NCBI GenBank assembly: GCA_963823665.1
Contig: CAWGMQ010000003.1
Coordinates: 1,632,001 to 1,696,000, forward strand
DNA length: 64,000 nucleotides
Source: an uncultured Planctomycetota bacterium
GTDB lineage: Bacteria > Planctomycetota > Planctomycetia > Isosphaerales > Isosphaeraceae
Direction of reading: 5' to 3'
Made by a program: the position numbers and the translations under genes. This document shows, in pieces, positions 45,468 to 56,236 of the stretch (the first letter of the stretch is position 1; every line of letters begins with the position of its first letter). A model generated the notes under the pieces. The model was not told where the DNA came from, did no database searches, and saw nothing but the letters and a program-made list of their open reading frames with translations.

Positions 45468-45612
45468 CATCGCGATTCGACAAAGCTCACCCTCCCGGCC
45501 ACCACGAGTTGATCGGGGTCGGGCACTCTTGCTTCGGTGTCGGCGATCAGGCGGCGATCGTGGACAACCTGTTCGCCAATATCCAGAGCGTTCGGCACCG
45601 AGCGAGCAGACA

Positions 45613-46011
45613 ATGAAAATCTGGCAGCTAGCCATCACGCTGATCGTCTTGATCGTCTTGCGTGAGGTGTCCGGAAACCTCCTGATGCGACTTACGGGGT
45701 TGGCTGTGCTGGCCAATTTCGGGGGGCTGGCCATCGGCTCGTTCTTCTCCGGATGGCTGGCCGGTGCAATCAGCGAGCTCGGTCCTTCCCGTGGCCAGCT
45801 CTGGAGCTTGGCCGCGCTGGGTGTCATCGCAGCGATCGGGATTGGTTTCATCCAGGGTGCGAACTTTCTGGCGGTGGCCGTGGTATTCATGGTGCTGATC
45901 AACATACCACTGTCGTACGGTTGCCTACTCCTCGGTGCCCACGTCGCGGAGCCCCGCACAAAGATCCAGCCGCCGCCTCTAGAAGAGGATAGCCTCGGTT
46001 CGGACCCTTAG
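45613..46011 (+). CDS. Last cassette ORF, membrane protein
   Basis: About 4 TM segments; preceded by GTTCGGC 45590. Confidence 0.65.
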   Translation: MKIWQLAITLIVLIVLREVSGNLLMRLTGLAVLANFGGLAIGSFFSGWLAGAISELGPSRGQLWSLAALGVIAAIGIGFIQGANFLAVAVVFMVLINIPLSYGCLLLGAHVAEPRTKIQPPPLEEDSLGSDP

Positions 46012-46036
46012 GCTTCACATGCATCCGCCGAGCTCG

Positions 46037-46175
46037 CTTGAATTCTTCGCGCCCTCCCTTGGCGCCTTTGCGGCTTTGCGTGATCCCATCTTCCCTGTTT
46101 CGCTGTGCTTCATTCCGGCCCGCATCTTCACTCCGATTTGCCTGATCAACTCTTCGCGCGATACCGCCAAAGCCC
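46037..46175 (+). repeat. Dispersed repeat copy B
   Basis: 3 mismatches over 46 nt with 33011-33056 plus weaker homology with 33146-33206. Confidence 0.75.
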
Positions 46176-46178
46176 CGA

Positions 46179-47140
46179 TTACGCAAACTCGGGATCGGTC
46201 ACTCCATCTCGACAGGCCTTTGCGTCCACGCCCTTGCGGGCAAGTTCCACCACAGCCCGATACCCCGGCATCGTCGAGTCCAGCGAAATTGTCTGCCCGT
46301 CGATCGCATGAATCCGCGCTCGCTCGATCGACGGCCCATCCACGTCCTGGCCCCGTTTCACATCGATTGAGTCAACACTTGAGAATGGAATCGATCGCCT
46401 GAGAAAAATGCTCCATAGCGCCAGCCCGGTCGGGTTCACCGTCAACTTCCGCGAGATCAATTCCAGACTGAGCATCGCCAGAAGCGGCGACGCGGCCACC
46501 GCCAGCACGCTGAGGTACCACACCGCGGGCGAATCGTCTACACGGCCGCTACCGGCCAGGTTGAGCCCGGATAAACCCCCGACCAAGAAGATCGGAACCA
46601 TCGTCGCCATCATCATGAACCCGACCGTCCTGGTCGGCCGGAACGACCCTCCGTGCTTGGCCAGATCGCGCAGGCCCTCCTCGCGCAAGGCGGCAAGACG
46701 AGGCTCGAGTCGCGCACGCAACTTCGAGCCCTCGAGCAGGTAATGAAATCGAATCGGAAGCCGCGTGCCATCCCGTCCATACAAAAACATGCGCCCGAAC
46801 GTCTTCTCAATCCCTTTGAAGCCGGTTGGGCACGACTCTTCGAAGCGAACCAGATCACTCCAGGCGACGACGCTTCGCCACCCCGAGGCGTGCCGTGTGA
46901 TCCCCTGATCATCCAGTGTGAAGCTGCGCCTGCCTCACCGGCTGCCAAAACCAGGAAAATCGCGGCGGCCGTCAGGCCCCCCATCAGGAAAATCGCCGCC
47001 GCGCAAGTTACCAGGTCGAACGTATGGATTTGGGGAACGGCCAGGCTGATGATTAAACCAGCGAAACACAGCAGCAAGCCACCCGTCAGCGCAAAAACCG
47101 CCGCCACGCCCCTATCCCCCTCGTATCGCTCCACGTCCAT
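46179..47140 (-). CDS. Hypothetical membrane protein with PH-like segments (frameshifted)
   Basis: Two overlapping minus-strand ORFs with TM pairs. Confidence 0.55.
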
Positions 47141-47215
47141 CGCTCCCCTGCCGGTCAGCTCGAATTCCGCGCAAATCTATTCGCTGCCAAACACCACCTA
47201 TTTCGCAACTCCCGC

Positions 47216-47262
47216 CGCCCCAACGGGGCGAAGGTCAATAGCCAGGGGCTTCCAGCCCCTGG
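47216..47262. repeat. REP-like double hairpin
   Basis: CGCCCC-AAC-GGGGCG and CCAGGGGCT-TCC-AGCCCCTGG. Confidence 0.6.
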
Positions 47263-47296
47263 TATCCTGATACGATACCCCAGGAGGACTCTTTTT

Positions 47297-50194
47297 ATGG
47301 CTTACGGCACGTTGCTCTGGATCGCGGCTATTATCGCACTCCCTCAAGACCTGCCTGCAAAAAAGGCCGCGGACGCGCCACCATCGGCGACGACTAACCA
47401 ATCAGACCGCCTCAAAGAAGCGCGCCATCTCTTGCGCAACGGCCGATACGCCGAAGCCGAGGAAAAACTCAACGATCTCCGCGACCAGTCGAAAAAGACG
47501 CCCGACGGTCTGACTCCGGTATTACGCGTATCTCTCGCCCTCGACCTCGCCGAATGCCAGGCCAGCCAGGGCGAATATGCCAAGGCGATCGATGGCCTCA
47601 AGGCGGCTGAGCTCGAGAATGTCAAGAACGCCGACATCCCCGCGCGACTCGCCGATCTGCATCTCTGGCGCGGCGATTGGGAAGCGGCAGCAGCATCAGC
47701 AGCCCGTGCCGTCACCCGAGACCCCAATCACTTGCAGGCCCGCTTCGTTCAGGCACGGCTGCTCGAGTTGAAGGGCGATCTCGAGAAATCCGTCGACGCC
47801 TTCAAATGGTTCGTCGATCGCTACAACGAGAAGCAGGCCGAAATTGTTACATCGGCCGAGGCTCTGGTCCTGGTCGGTCAAGCCTCCGAACGCTACTACC
47901 GCGCCCGTGCCCTCGGCGAGGAGCTTGCCGACTCCTTGAATGCCGTGATCAACGATATCTATGAGGCGGCCGCTCGCGTCGACCCCAATTGCTGGCAGGC
48001 GCCCCTGCTCGAAGCGCGGCTTTTTCTCTCAGGCTACAACGAGCGGGCGGCCGTCAAGGAGCTCGCCCGCGCTCAGCAGATCAACCCGCTTTCACCCGAA
48101 GTCCTGGTCACGCTCGGCAATGCCGATCTCCAGGGCTACCGGTTGGCGGCGGGGCGCACCAAAGCCGAACGGGCGCTCGCCACCAACCCTCACTTTGCAC
48201 CGGCATTTGTGCTCCTGGCCGACCTCAATATCTCGGACGAGCGATTCCTCGACGCCAAGGCCGCCGCGCAGAAGGCCGTCGCCGAAAACCCGCGCGACGA
48301 AGACGCCCTGGCTCGGCTCGCGGCCTCATGTCGCTTACTCGTCGATCCCGTGGGCGCCGCCGCCGCCGAGGCTCGGGCGCTGACAAACAACCCTCGCCCG
48401 GCCACCTTCTACGCCGCCCTCGGCGAGCGCCTGGCCGATCGCCGCAAATACCCCTCCGCCGAACGGGCCTTCATCCTGGCCACGGCCGCTGACCCGTTGC
48501 GTGCCGACGCCCCCATCGGACTCGGCATGCTCTACATGCAGATCGGCCGCGAGGCCGAGGCCAAAAGCCTCTTCGACACCGCCTTCGCCGCCGACCCGTT
48601 CAACGTCCGCGCCTTGAACATGATCCGTGTGCTCAAACACATGGCCTCTTATTCCAGCATCGATTCCGCACACTTCAGCGTCGTGATCGATCCCACCCAG
48701 GATGAGCTCCTCGGCCGATACATGTCGAAATATCTCGAATCGGCCTACCCGAAGCTCACCAGCCGCTTCGGCTATGCACCGCCGGGAAAGACCAAGATCG
48801 AGATCCTCAAGGACCACCAGTGGTTCAGCGGCCGCACCCTCGGCCAGCGGTTCATCCCCACCGTCGGCGCCTGCACCGGCAAAGTCGTCGCGCTTGCGAG
48901 CCCGCGTGCAACCCGGGTACCGTTCAACTGGGCCAGAGTGCTCGCCCACGAAGTCGTCCACGTCATCACGTTGCAGCAAACCGAGTTCAATATCCCTCAC
49001 TGGTATACCGAGGCCCTCGCCGTCGAAAGCGAGGGCTTTCCCCGCCCCCAGGATTGGAACCGCCTCCTGCTCGAGCGAGTTCCCAAGCGAAACAAGCTCT
49101 TGAATCTCGATACGATCAACCTGGGGTTCATCCGCCCCAACGAGCCCGACGACCGGCAAATGGCCTACTGCCAGGCCCAGCTCTATGCCCGATACATGCT
49201 CAAACGATTCGGCTCTGACGCCCTCATCAAGATGCTCATGGCCTACCGCCGCGGGCTCTCCACCGACCTCGCCATCGCCGACAGCTTCCAAGTCGATAAG
49301 GCCGACTTCGAAAAAGGCTACCTGGCTTATCTGGACGACGTGATCAAGACGATTCGCACCCGCGTGAGCGAAGAGCCGGTGAAGTTCTCCGAGCTCGAGC
49401 GCAAGCTCAAAGAGAAACCGGAAGACCCCGACTTGAATGCCCAGATGGCCTACGAGCACTGGGCCCGTCGCGATCTCAAAGAGGCCCGCCCTTTCGCAGA
49501 TAAGGCTCTCGAGCTCAAACCGCACCACCCCCTGGCCAGCTACGTCAAGGCCCAGCTCTTGGTCACCATCGGCGACGAAGACGCGGCCCTGCAAATCCTC
49601 GAGCCGGCGCTCGACCCTCTTCACCCGAACGAGCGCGTGATCGACCTGCTCGGCGAGCTCTTGATGAAGGCCGGCCGCCTGGACGAATCCGAAAAACTCT
49701 ACGAAATCGCTCGCAAGGACGACCCGTTCCGCACCAAGTGGATCTCCTGGCTTGCGAGAATCCACCTCCGCCAGAAGAAGACAGAGCAGTTCCTTGCCGA
49801 TCTGGTCATGATCGCGTCGTTCGACGCCGACAACATCGACATCCGCCGCGAGCTGGCCGTCCGCTACCTCGCCGAGAACGACGGCGTCTCGGCCGAGAAG
49901 TGGGCCGGCGAGTGTCTGTACATCAACGTCTATGACGCCACGGTCCACGTCCTTCTGGCCGATGCGCAATGTATGCTCAAGAAATTCCCCCAGGCGGCCG
50001 AAGAGTACCAGACCGCGCTGACCTTGAAGCCCAAGCGGCCCGACGACATCAAGGTCAAGCTCGCCCGCGCCCTCTTGGGCTCCGGCCACAAAGACCAGGC
50101 CAGGGCAACCCTCGAAGAGGTCTTGAAGACAGACCCGGACCATCCCGAGGGCAAGGCGCTCAAGTCGGAGATGGAGCAAACCAAGAACGGGTAG
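47297..50194 (+). CDS. TPR-repeat protein with zincin (peptidase MA-like) domain
   Basis: Signal peptide, many TPRs, HEVVH..P.WY.E. Confidence 0.85.
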   Translation: MAYGTLLWIAAIIALPQDLPAKKAADAPPSATTNQSDRLKEARHLLRNGRYAEAEEKLNDLRDQSKKTPDGLTPVLRVSLALDLAECQASQGEYAKAIDGLKAAELENVKNADIPARLADLHLWRGDWEAAAASAARAVTRDPNHLQARFVQARLLELKGDLEKSVDAFKWFVDRYNEKQAEIVTSAEALVLVGQASERYYRARALGEELADSLNAVINDIYEAAARVDPNCWQAPLLEARLFLSGYNERAAVKELARAQQINPLSPEVLVTLGNADLQGYRLAAGRTKAERALATNPHFAPAFVLLADLNISDERFLDAKAAAQKAVAENPRDEDALARLAASCRLLVDPVGAAAAEARALTNNPRPATFYAALGERLADRRKYPSAERAFILATAADPLRADAPIGLGMLYMQIGREAEAKSLFDTAFAADPFNVRALNMIRVLKHMASYSSIDSAHFSVVIDPTQDELLGRYMSKYLESAYPKLTSRFGYAPPGKTKIEILKDHQWFSGRTLGQRFIPTVGACTGKVVALASPRATRVPFNWARVLAHEVVHVITLQQTEFNIPHWYTEALAVESEGFPRPQDWNRLLLERVPKRNKLLNLDTINLGFIRPNEPDDRQMAYCQAQLYARYMLKRFGSDALIKMLMAYRRGLSTDLAIADSFQVDKADFEKGYLAYLDDVIKTIRTRVSEEPVKFSELERKLKEKPEDPDLNAQMAYEHWARRDLKEARPFADKALELKPHHPLASYVKAQLLVTIGDEDAALQILEPALDPLHPNERVIDLLGELLMKAGRLDESEKLYEIARKDDPFRTKWISWLARIHLRQKKTEQFLADLVMIASFDADNIDIRRELAVRYLAENDGVSAEKWAGECLYINVYDATVHVLLADAQCMLKKFPQAAEEYQTALTLKPKRPDDIKVKLARALLGSGHKDQARATLEEVLKTDPDHPEGKALKSEMEQTKNG

Positions 50195-50207
50195 ACGGAA
50201 CAAGTAT

Positions 50208-51534
50208 ATGTCCGCGGCCTTCACCGTCCTCTCGATCGGATCGTGCCTCTGCCTCGCTCCCGATTCCAATGCAGCGCCACCAGGGCCGTGCTCCCAACGT
50301 CGTGCTGGTGATCGCCGACGATATGGGCTACCGCGACTATGGTTTTATGGGCCACCGCCAGGTCCAGACGCCCCGGCTCGACCGCCTCGCGCGCGAGAGC
50401 CTGACCTTTCGCCGCGGTTACGTCACCAGCAGTCTCTGCTCTCCCAGCCTGGCGAGCATCCTGACCGGGCGCTATCCCCACCAGCATAAGATCACCAGCA
50501 ATGACCCTCCCCTGCCCCCCGGAGTTCCCGCCGCCGCCGCCGCGCAGCATCCGGCGTTCCTCGCTTCGCGGCGCGAGATGATCCGTCCGTTTGACGATCT
50601 GCCGGCCCTGCCGCGAATTCTTGCCTCATCCGGCTACTTGAGCTTCCAGGCCGGCAAGTGGTGGGGCGGCTCATACTCACGCGGCGGGTTCACGCACGGA
50701 ATGACGCACGGAGACCCGGCTCGCGGCGGACGCCACGGTGACCTCGGCCTCGCCATCGGCCGGCAGGGCATGCAGCCGGTCTTCGACTTCATTCGCATGG
50801 CCCAGGAGCGCCGGGCGCCGTTCTTCCTCTGGTACGCGCCCATGATGCCGCACTCGCCCCACAATCCGCCGCAGCGGTTCCTCGACAAGTACCGCGGCAC
50901 CGCACCCACGCTCGAAGTCGCCAGGTACTGGGCGATGTGCGAGTGGTTCGACGAGACCTGCGGACAGTTGCTCGACTTCCTCGACGACCGAAAAATAGCC
51001 GGCAACACCATCGTGGTCTTCCTCGCGGACAACGGTTGGATTCAGGACCCTGCCGCCGATCGCTATGCACCGCGGTCGAAGCAATCTCCCTACGACGGCG
51101 GCCTGCGAACCCCGATCTTGATTCGATGGCCCTCCAGGGTCGCGCCGCGGAATTGTGAAGATCTGGCGAGCGCATTCGACATCGCCCCGACCATTTTGAA
51201 GGCAGTGGGCCTGGAACCCGCAAGCGACTTGCAGGGTGTCAACTTGCTCGACCCACAGGCCCTCGCCGCCCGCACCGCCATCTTCGGCGAGATCTTCACG
51301 CATAACGCCGTCAACCTGGGCGATCCCGCCAGGAGCCTGCGCTACCGTTGGATCGTCTCCGGCGACTGGAAGCTGATCGTCCCTGAACGCAGAAACGAGC
51401 CAACCGAAACCGTCGAGCTCTTCGACATCGCCCACGACCCGGACGAGAAACGAAACCTGGCTCGGGAGCACCCGCAAAGAGTGATGGAGCTCTCGGCCCG
51501 ACTCGAAAAGTGGTGGCCGGCCCAAGAGCACTGA
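50208..51534 (+). CDS. Sulfatase (frameshift near the 5' end)
   Basis: PNVVLVIADDMG, LCSPSLASILTG, DNG, ELFD...DPDE..NL. Confidence 0.88.
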
Positions 51535-51541
51535 TTCTCAC

Positions 51542-52102
51542 TTACGCCGGCAATCCCGCTTTGCCAAACAGATCTTTCACCGAGAGTCGAAATCCAGGCA
51601 GGATCGGCCCTCCATCGACCTCGTCCGCCTGCCCGAGCACTCTGACAGCCGTCGGCGAATCATAAACGTAAACTTTGTACTGGCGAGGATAAATGACCCA
51701 GACCTGCCGCACTCCGGCCGTGAAGTACTCTTCTAACTTTTCGGCCACTCCGTCCGCGCTGTTCGTAAGACTGATAATCTCCACCGCCAGGTCTGGAATG
51801 ACCGCCCATGAACGTGTCTGGGGTATGCCCCGGTCCTGCCCCCACCGCTGGAATGAAACAAATGCGACGTCCGGCCGGCGCTCCCGGTCGACATGAGGCC
51901 GGAGGTCAAAGATCATTTCCTGAACGACCCGACCACACGGATTGGTCTGGTTAAACGGGTCCAAAGATCCGAAGAGCACAGAGGCGAGCCAGCACTCGTA
52001 TGCACCCATCTGCTTCTCCACGATGCGGCCGGCCACGACTTCGTATGGACCTTCTGGCTCGTTTTGATCCGTAAGGCTCTCGATTAAATCAACCGTCGAC
52101 AT
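51542..52102 (-). CDS. Uma2 family endonuclease-like protein
   Basis: RRPDVAF, PDLAVEIIS, LPGF. Confidence 0.88.
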   Translation of the reverse strand: MSTVDLIESLTDQNEPEGPYEVVAGRIVEKQMGAYECWLASVLFGSLDPFNQTNPCGRVVQEMIFDLRPHVDRERRPDVAFVSFQRWGQDRGIPQTRSWAVIPDLAVEIISLTNSADGVAEKLEEYFTAGVRQVWVIYPRQYKVYVYDSPTAVRVLGQADEVDGGPILPGFRLSVKDLFGKAGLPA

Positions 52103-52508
52103 GGCATAGCCTCACGCGAGGAGAGACATGACCGCCTTTCGGCATGATTATACCTCGAAAGATCGTACGATTCACGTGAGATCGCGCCGTTCGCGGAGAC
52201 TACCCCCAGAAATGTCACGTTCCAGCGGTTCAGCAACAGGTCCGGAGACCCCCGTCCGCGCCGATTATGGTCGCACGCCAATCGGGTAACGTGATAAGAT
52301 GATTCCACGAACCACCAGCCCCGGTCCGCCGTAACCTTGACAGCTTTCACCGCTCACCGGATGATCTTACAAATGTACGGTGAGATCGAACTGGGGATCG
52401 CCGGCCCGGGCCGCCGCCGGCAGCGCGATCAATATCGGTCAAGCCCGCGCGAATAACCGCCATCGAGCCTGGGGCGAGAATGTCCAAGAAGAGGGATCGG
52501 CAATCACC

Positions 52509-54840
52509 ATGAAAGTCCAACGGGATCCCAGCATGAAGACCGCGAACACGTCCGGTTTCTTGCGTCGGTGGCCGATCCTTTGGCTCGCCTTGCTTGCGGC
52601 GATTGGCCCTGCCGGCGCGTTCGCCGCCGCACCGGCCAAGATCGAGGTCGAGAACATCCGGGTCGGCTTCGACGTGCCCGGGAAAGGGTCAAACACATTC
52701 AAGATCGGCACCTGGACGCCGGTGTGGGTACAGCTTCGGGCAGGCCCGGAGCGTTTCAGCGGGTTCATGGAAGTTCTGGTCCACGACGATGACGGCACAC
52801 CCGTGGCCTATCGCATGCCGGTCGAAGTAGGAGCAAACAAGAGCGAGCGTTTCACCGCGTACGTGCGCCCGGGCGCGCGCGAGCCCGAAATCTCGATCAA
52901 CCTGTTCGACTCAAACGGCAGGCGCGCCGGCGGTGCTTCCCAGGACGCCGCGATGCCGCAGGGTCCCGAAGCGATCATGCCGAGTGAAAACCTGATCCTC
53001 ACCTTCGGCCGTCCCCAGGGTGTCGAAACCATGGTCGACCTGCCCGGGTTCAAGGTCGCCACCAGGGGCCCGAACAACGCCAGCGTCGAAGAGATTATCA
53101 CCGCAAGGATTGATGCACAATCCGGCTTGCTCCCCGGCCGATGGTACGGGTATGACGCGGCCCGAGCCATCGTCCTCGACACCAATGACCGCCAGGTCCT
53201 CTCGGCACTCGATGCTCTGCGCGGCCGTCCGCTGGTCGATTGGGTCGAGCGCGGCGGGCACCTGGTCATTGCCGTCGGTGCCAACTGGCAGATCGTGCGC
53301 GACAGCGTGCTGGCACCGATCCTTCCCGGCCTGCCGAGCGGCCAGGAGCGGGTGACATCGCTCGAGGCGCTCGATCACTTCGCAGGCTCGACCAAGCAGA
53401 TCACACCACCCGGCACCGGCTCCGCCCCGGTGATGGTAACCAGGCTCGAGGAGGTGAAAGAGCGAGGAGGCACGGTCCTGGCGGCCGTGACGTCGAGCCT
53501 GCCTCTGGTCGTCCGCGGCTCGCATGGCTTCGGCCGCGTGACCCTGATCACGATCGACGTCGACCAGAAGCCTTTCTCCGACTGGCCCGACCGCTCGCTC
53601 TTCTGGATCAAGGCCCTGGACCTCAGGCGCCCGCCGGTCGACACCACCGGTGGCGGCGGCCCGCCCACGCCTGGGCGCTGGTGGGGCGTTTCCGACCTCT
53701 CCAGTCAGCTCCGCGCCGCGCTCGAGCAGTTTCCCGGAGTGAAGCTCATTCCCTTCGGATGGGTTGCCTTCTTCATCTTTCTCTACATCCTCTTGATCGG
53801 CCCGGGCGATTACTTCTTCTTGAAGAAAGTGCTCAAGCGGATGGAGCTCACGTGGATCACGTTCCCGACAATCGTGCTGACTGTGAGCCTCGTGGCCTAT
53901 TACGCCGCCTACGTCCTCAAGGGAAACGACCTGCTGGTCAACAAGGTCGATCTGGTCGACATCGACCAGGAAGCGGGTTTCGCCCGCGGCAACACCTGGA
54001 TCAGCCTTTTCAGCCCTCAGAATCGTGACTACACCATCCACGCGATCCCGACTCCCCTGAATTCGGAAGATTCAGGCGCGACGGCAGCTTCCAGCGGCGA
54101 AACACCCCGCGCACCGGCCGGCACCGAAGTCGTGATGAGCTGGTTCAGCTCCCCCGAAGATTCGATTCGGCGCCATGGGAAACTCGAGCCGCCGGTTCAG
54201 CTTCAGCGGCAGCGGCTATGCGTACGAACCCCCCGGAGGAGTCGAATTCCTGGAAAACGTGCGCATCCCGATCTGGAGCACAAAATGCATCACCGCCCAG
54301 TGGTTCGGTCCCGCCGCGCCCCTGGTCGAATCGGACTTGCAGCCAGGCCGGAACCGACCGCGTCGAGGGCACCGTCACGAACCGTCAGACCATTCCGCTT
54401 GAAGATGCCGTGCTCGCCTACGGCAAAGACGGTCTACGTCCTGGGTAACTTGAGCCCCGGAAGCTTCGGTGCGCGTTGAGCTGGCCACCCAGCGGAATCT
54501 GTCGGGCCACCTCAAGGCCAAGGCCCACAGTTACACGTCTGAACAGCAGTGGAACCGCGACAGCTTCAAGATCGACCGCTCCGAGCTGCTTGCAGGCGAT
54601 GATGTTCCACGACAGCGAGGTCGCACCGACTAACGAGCGCGTGCTGGGCAACGGCCCGCTGCACCGTCTCGACCTCTCCGGTCAACTCGCCCTGGAGCCG
54701 CCCGATGCTGGTCGCCCGCATCAATCGCCACCGGGGCTCGTCTCGTGCTCGAAAAGGCTCCCTCGCCGCCCAGAGATCGATCAATTGACGTTGGTCCGAC
54801 TCATTCTTCCGCATCAAGAAATCTCAAGGCACACCGCGAT
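52509..54840 (+). CDS. Large exported/membrane protein associated with an ABC transporter (several frameshifts after 54170)
   Basis: Signal peptide, LVDWVERGGHL, TM pair F..LY..IGP.DY..WITFP; 3' end approximate. Confidence 0.7.
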
Positions 54841-55767
54841 GATCGAAACCCACGACCTGACGAAGATGTACGGTGAGCTTTACGCTCTCAACCGGCTGAA
54901 CCTCACCCTGCAGCAAGGCGATGTCTACGGATTCATCGGCCCCAACGGCGCGGGCAAGACCACGACGATGCGCATTCTGGCCACGCTCTTGAACCCCTCC
55001 TGGGGCGAGGCCACCGTCTGCGGCTATTCGATCTACACCGGGTCGAAGGAGATCCGCCGCGTCATCGGTTACATGCCCGACTTCTTCGGCGTCTACGACG
55101 ATATGAAGGTCGTCGAATATCTCGAGTTCTTCGCCTCCGCCTATCGCATCAAGGGGGCCGCCCGCGAGAAGATCTGCGAGGAGGTTCTCGAGCTCGTCGA
55201 CCTCACCTACAAGCGCGATGCGCTCGTCACCAGCCTCTCCCGCGGCATGACCCAGCGACTGGGCCTGGCCCGCACCCTCCTGCACGATCCCCAGGTCCTG
55301 CTCCTGGACGAGCCCGCCTCCGGGCTTGATCCCGCGCGCACGAATCGAAATGCGTGCGTTGCTCAAAGAGCTGCGGAACATGGGCAAGACGATCCTGGTC
55401 TCCAGCCACATCCTCCCCGAGCTGGCGGATATCTGCAACAAGATCGGCATCATCGAGCAGGGCTGCCTGCTCGTCAATGGCGAGGTGAGCGAGGTCATGA
55501 AGCAGGTCCGCACCGACATCGTCTTGAACGTCGCCGTCGCCGAACGCCTCACCGACGCCGCCGGCATGCTCGAAAACCAGCCCGAGGTCGAGAGCGTTCA
55601 AGACAAGAACGGCGTCTTGATCGTCAAGCTCAACGAGGGCGTCTCCCAGTACGGCTTCCTGGCCAATCGCCTGGTCGAGCAAGGGCTACGAGCTCACCCT
55701 CTTCAAGGAAGACGAGATCAACCTCGAGACCGCGTTCATGCACCTGACCAAGGGAATCACGAGTTGA
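54839..55767 (+). CDS. ABC transporter ATP-binding protein (frameshifts ~55340 and ~55685)
   Basis: GPNGAGKTT, LSRGM, LLLDEP, SSH. Confidence 0.9.
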
Positions 55768-56236
55768 CTCGTGAAACGCCGGCGACGTCACATCATTCAA
55801 TCATAATATATGATCCGTGCGTCCGTAGAATCGCTACAGTCGAGCGAATGCGATTCTTCGGAACGTCGGAAGTTCCCACCGAGCTACCGGTCCGAGAGTG
55901 GCGCGGCTAAGATGAACCGGAAGGGTCTCCTCGACTTGAGTCACCTCGCCTTCGTCACGCCCTTCCATTCAAATTGATCCGTTTCTCGGCCCGATCTCCA
56001 CGAGAAAGGCGCCGCGATGGTCTAGACTGCCGGATAATTCATGCACACAATGATGTGCGATTTCGTGACTGCATCTTGAGCCCGTTTTTGGCCTGGGTCG
56101 CTCTTGAACTGTGGGACCTCGCCGGCAAGCCGGCATCAGGTGCCCGAAGGATCGAGAAGTCTTGTAGTGAGATATAACAGGGTGAATTGATCGGTCCCTG
56201 GTGTCGGCGTCAGGGCTCAACTGGAGGGGTAAGTCG

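Larger units (their letters stand above)
34154..46011 (+). mobile_element. Integron gene-cassette array lacking an intact integrase (CALIN-like)
   Basis: About 20 short co-oriented ORFs, most ending at an R''-like core and followed by a CAGCGG(A)C..G(G)CCGCTG palindrome and a GTT/GTC core. Confidence 0.88.

Noticed and set aside
34154..45596. CRISPR array or simple REP/terminator interpretation of the intergenic palindromes
   Set aside because: Spacing is gene-sized, repeats are degenerate, there are no cas genes or U-tracts, and they carry attC-type core sites
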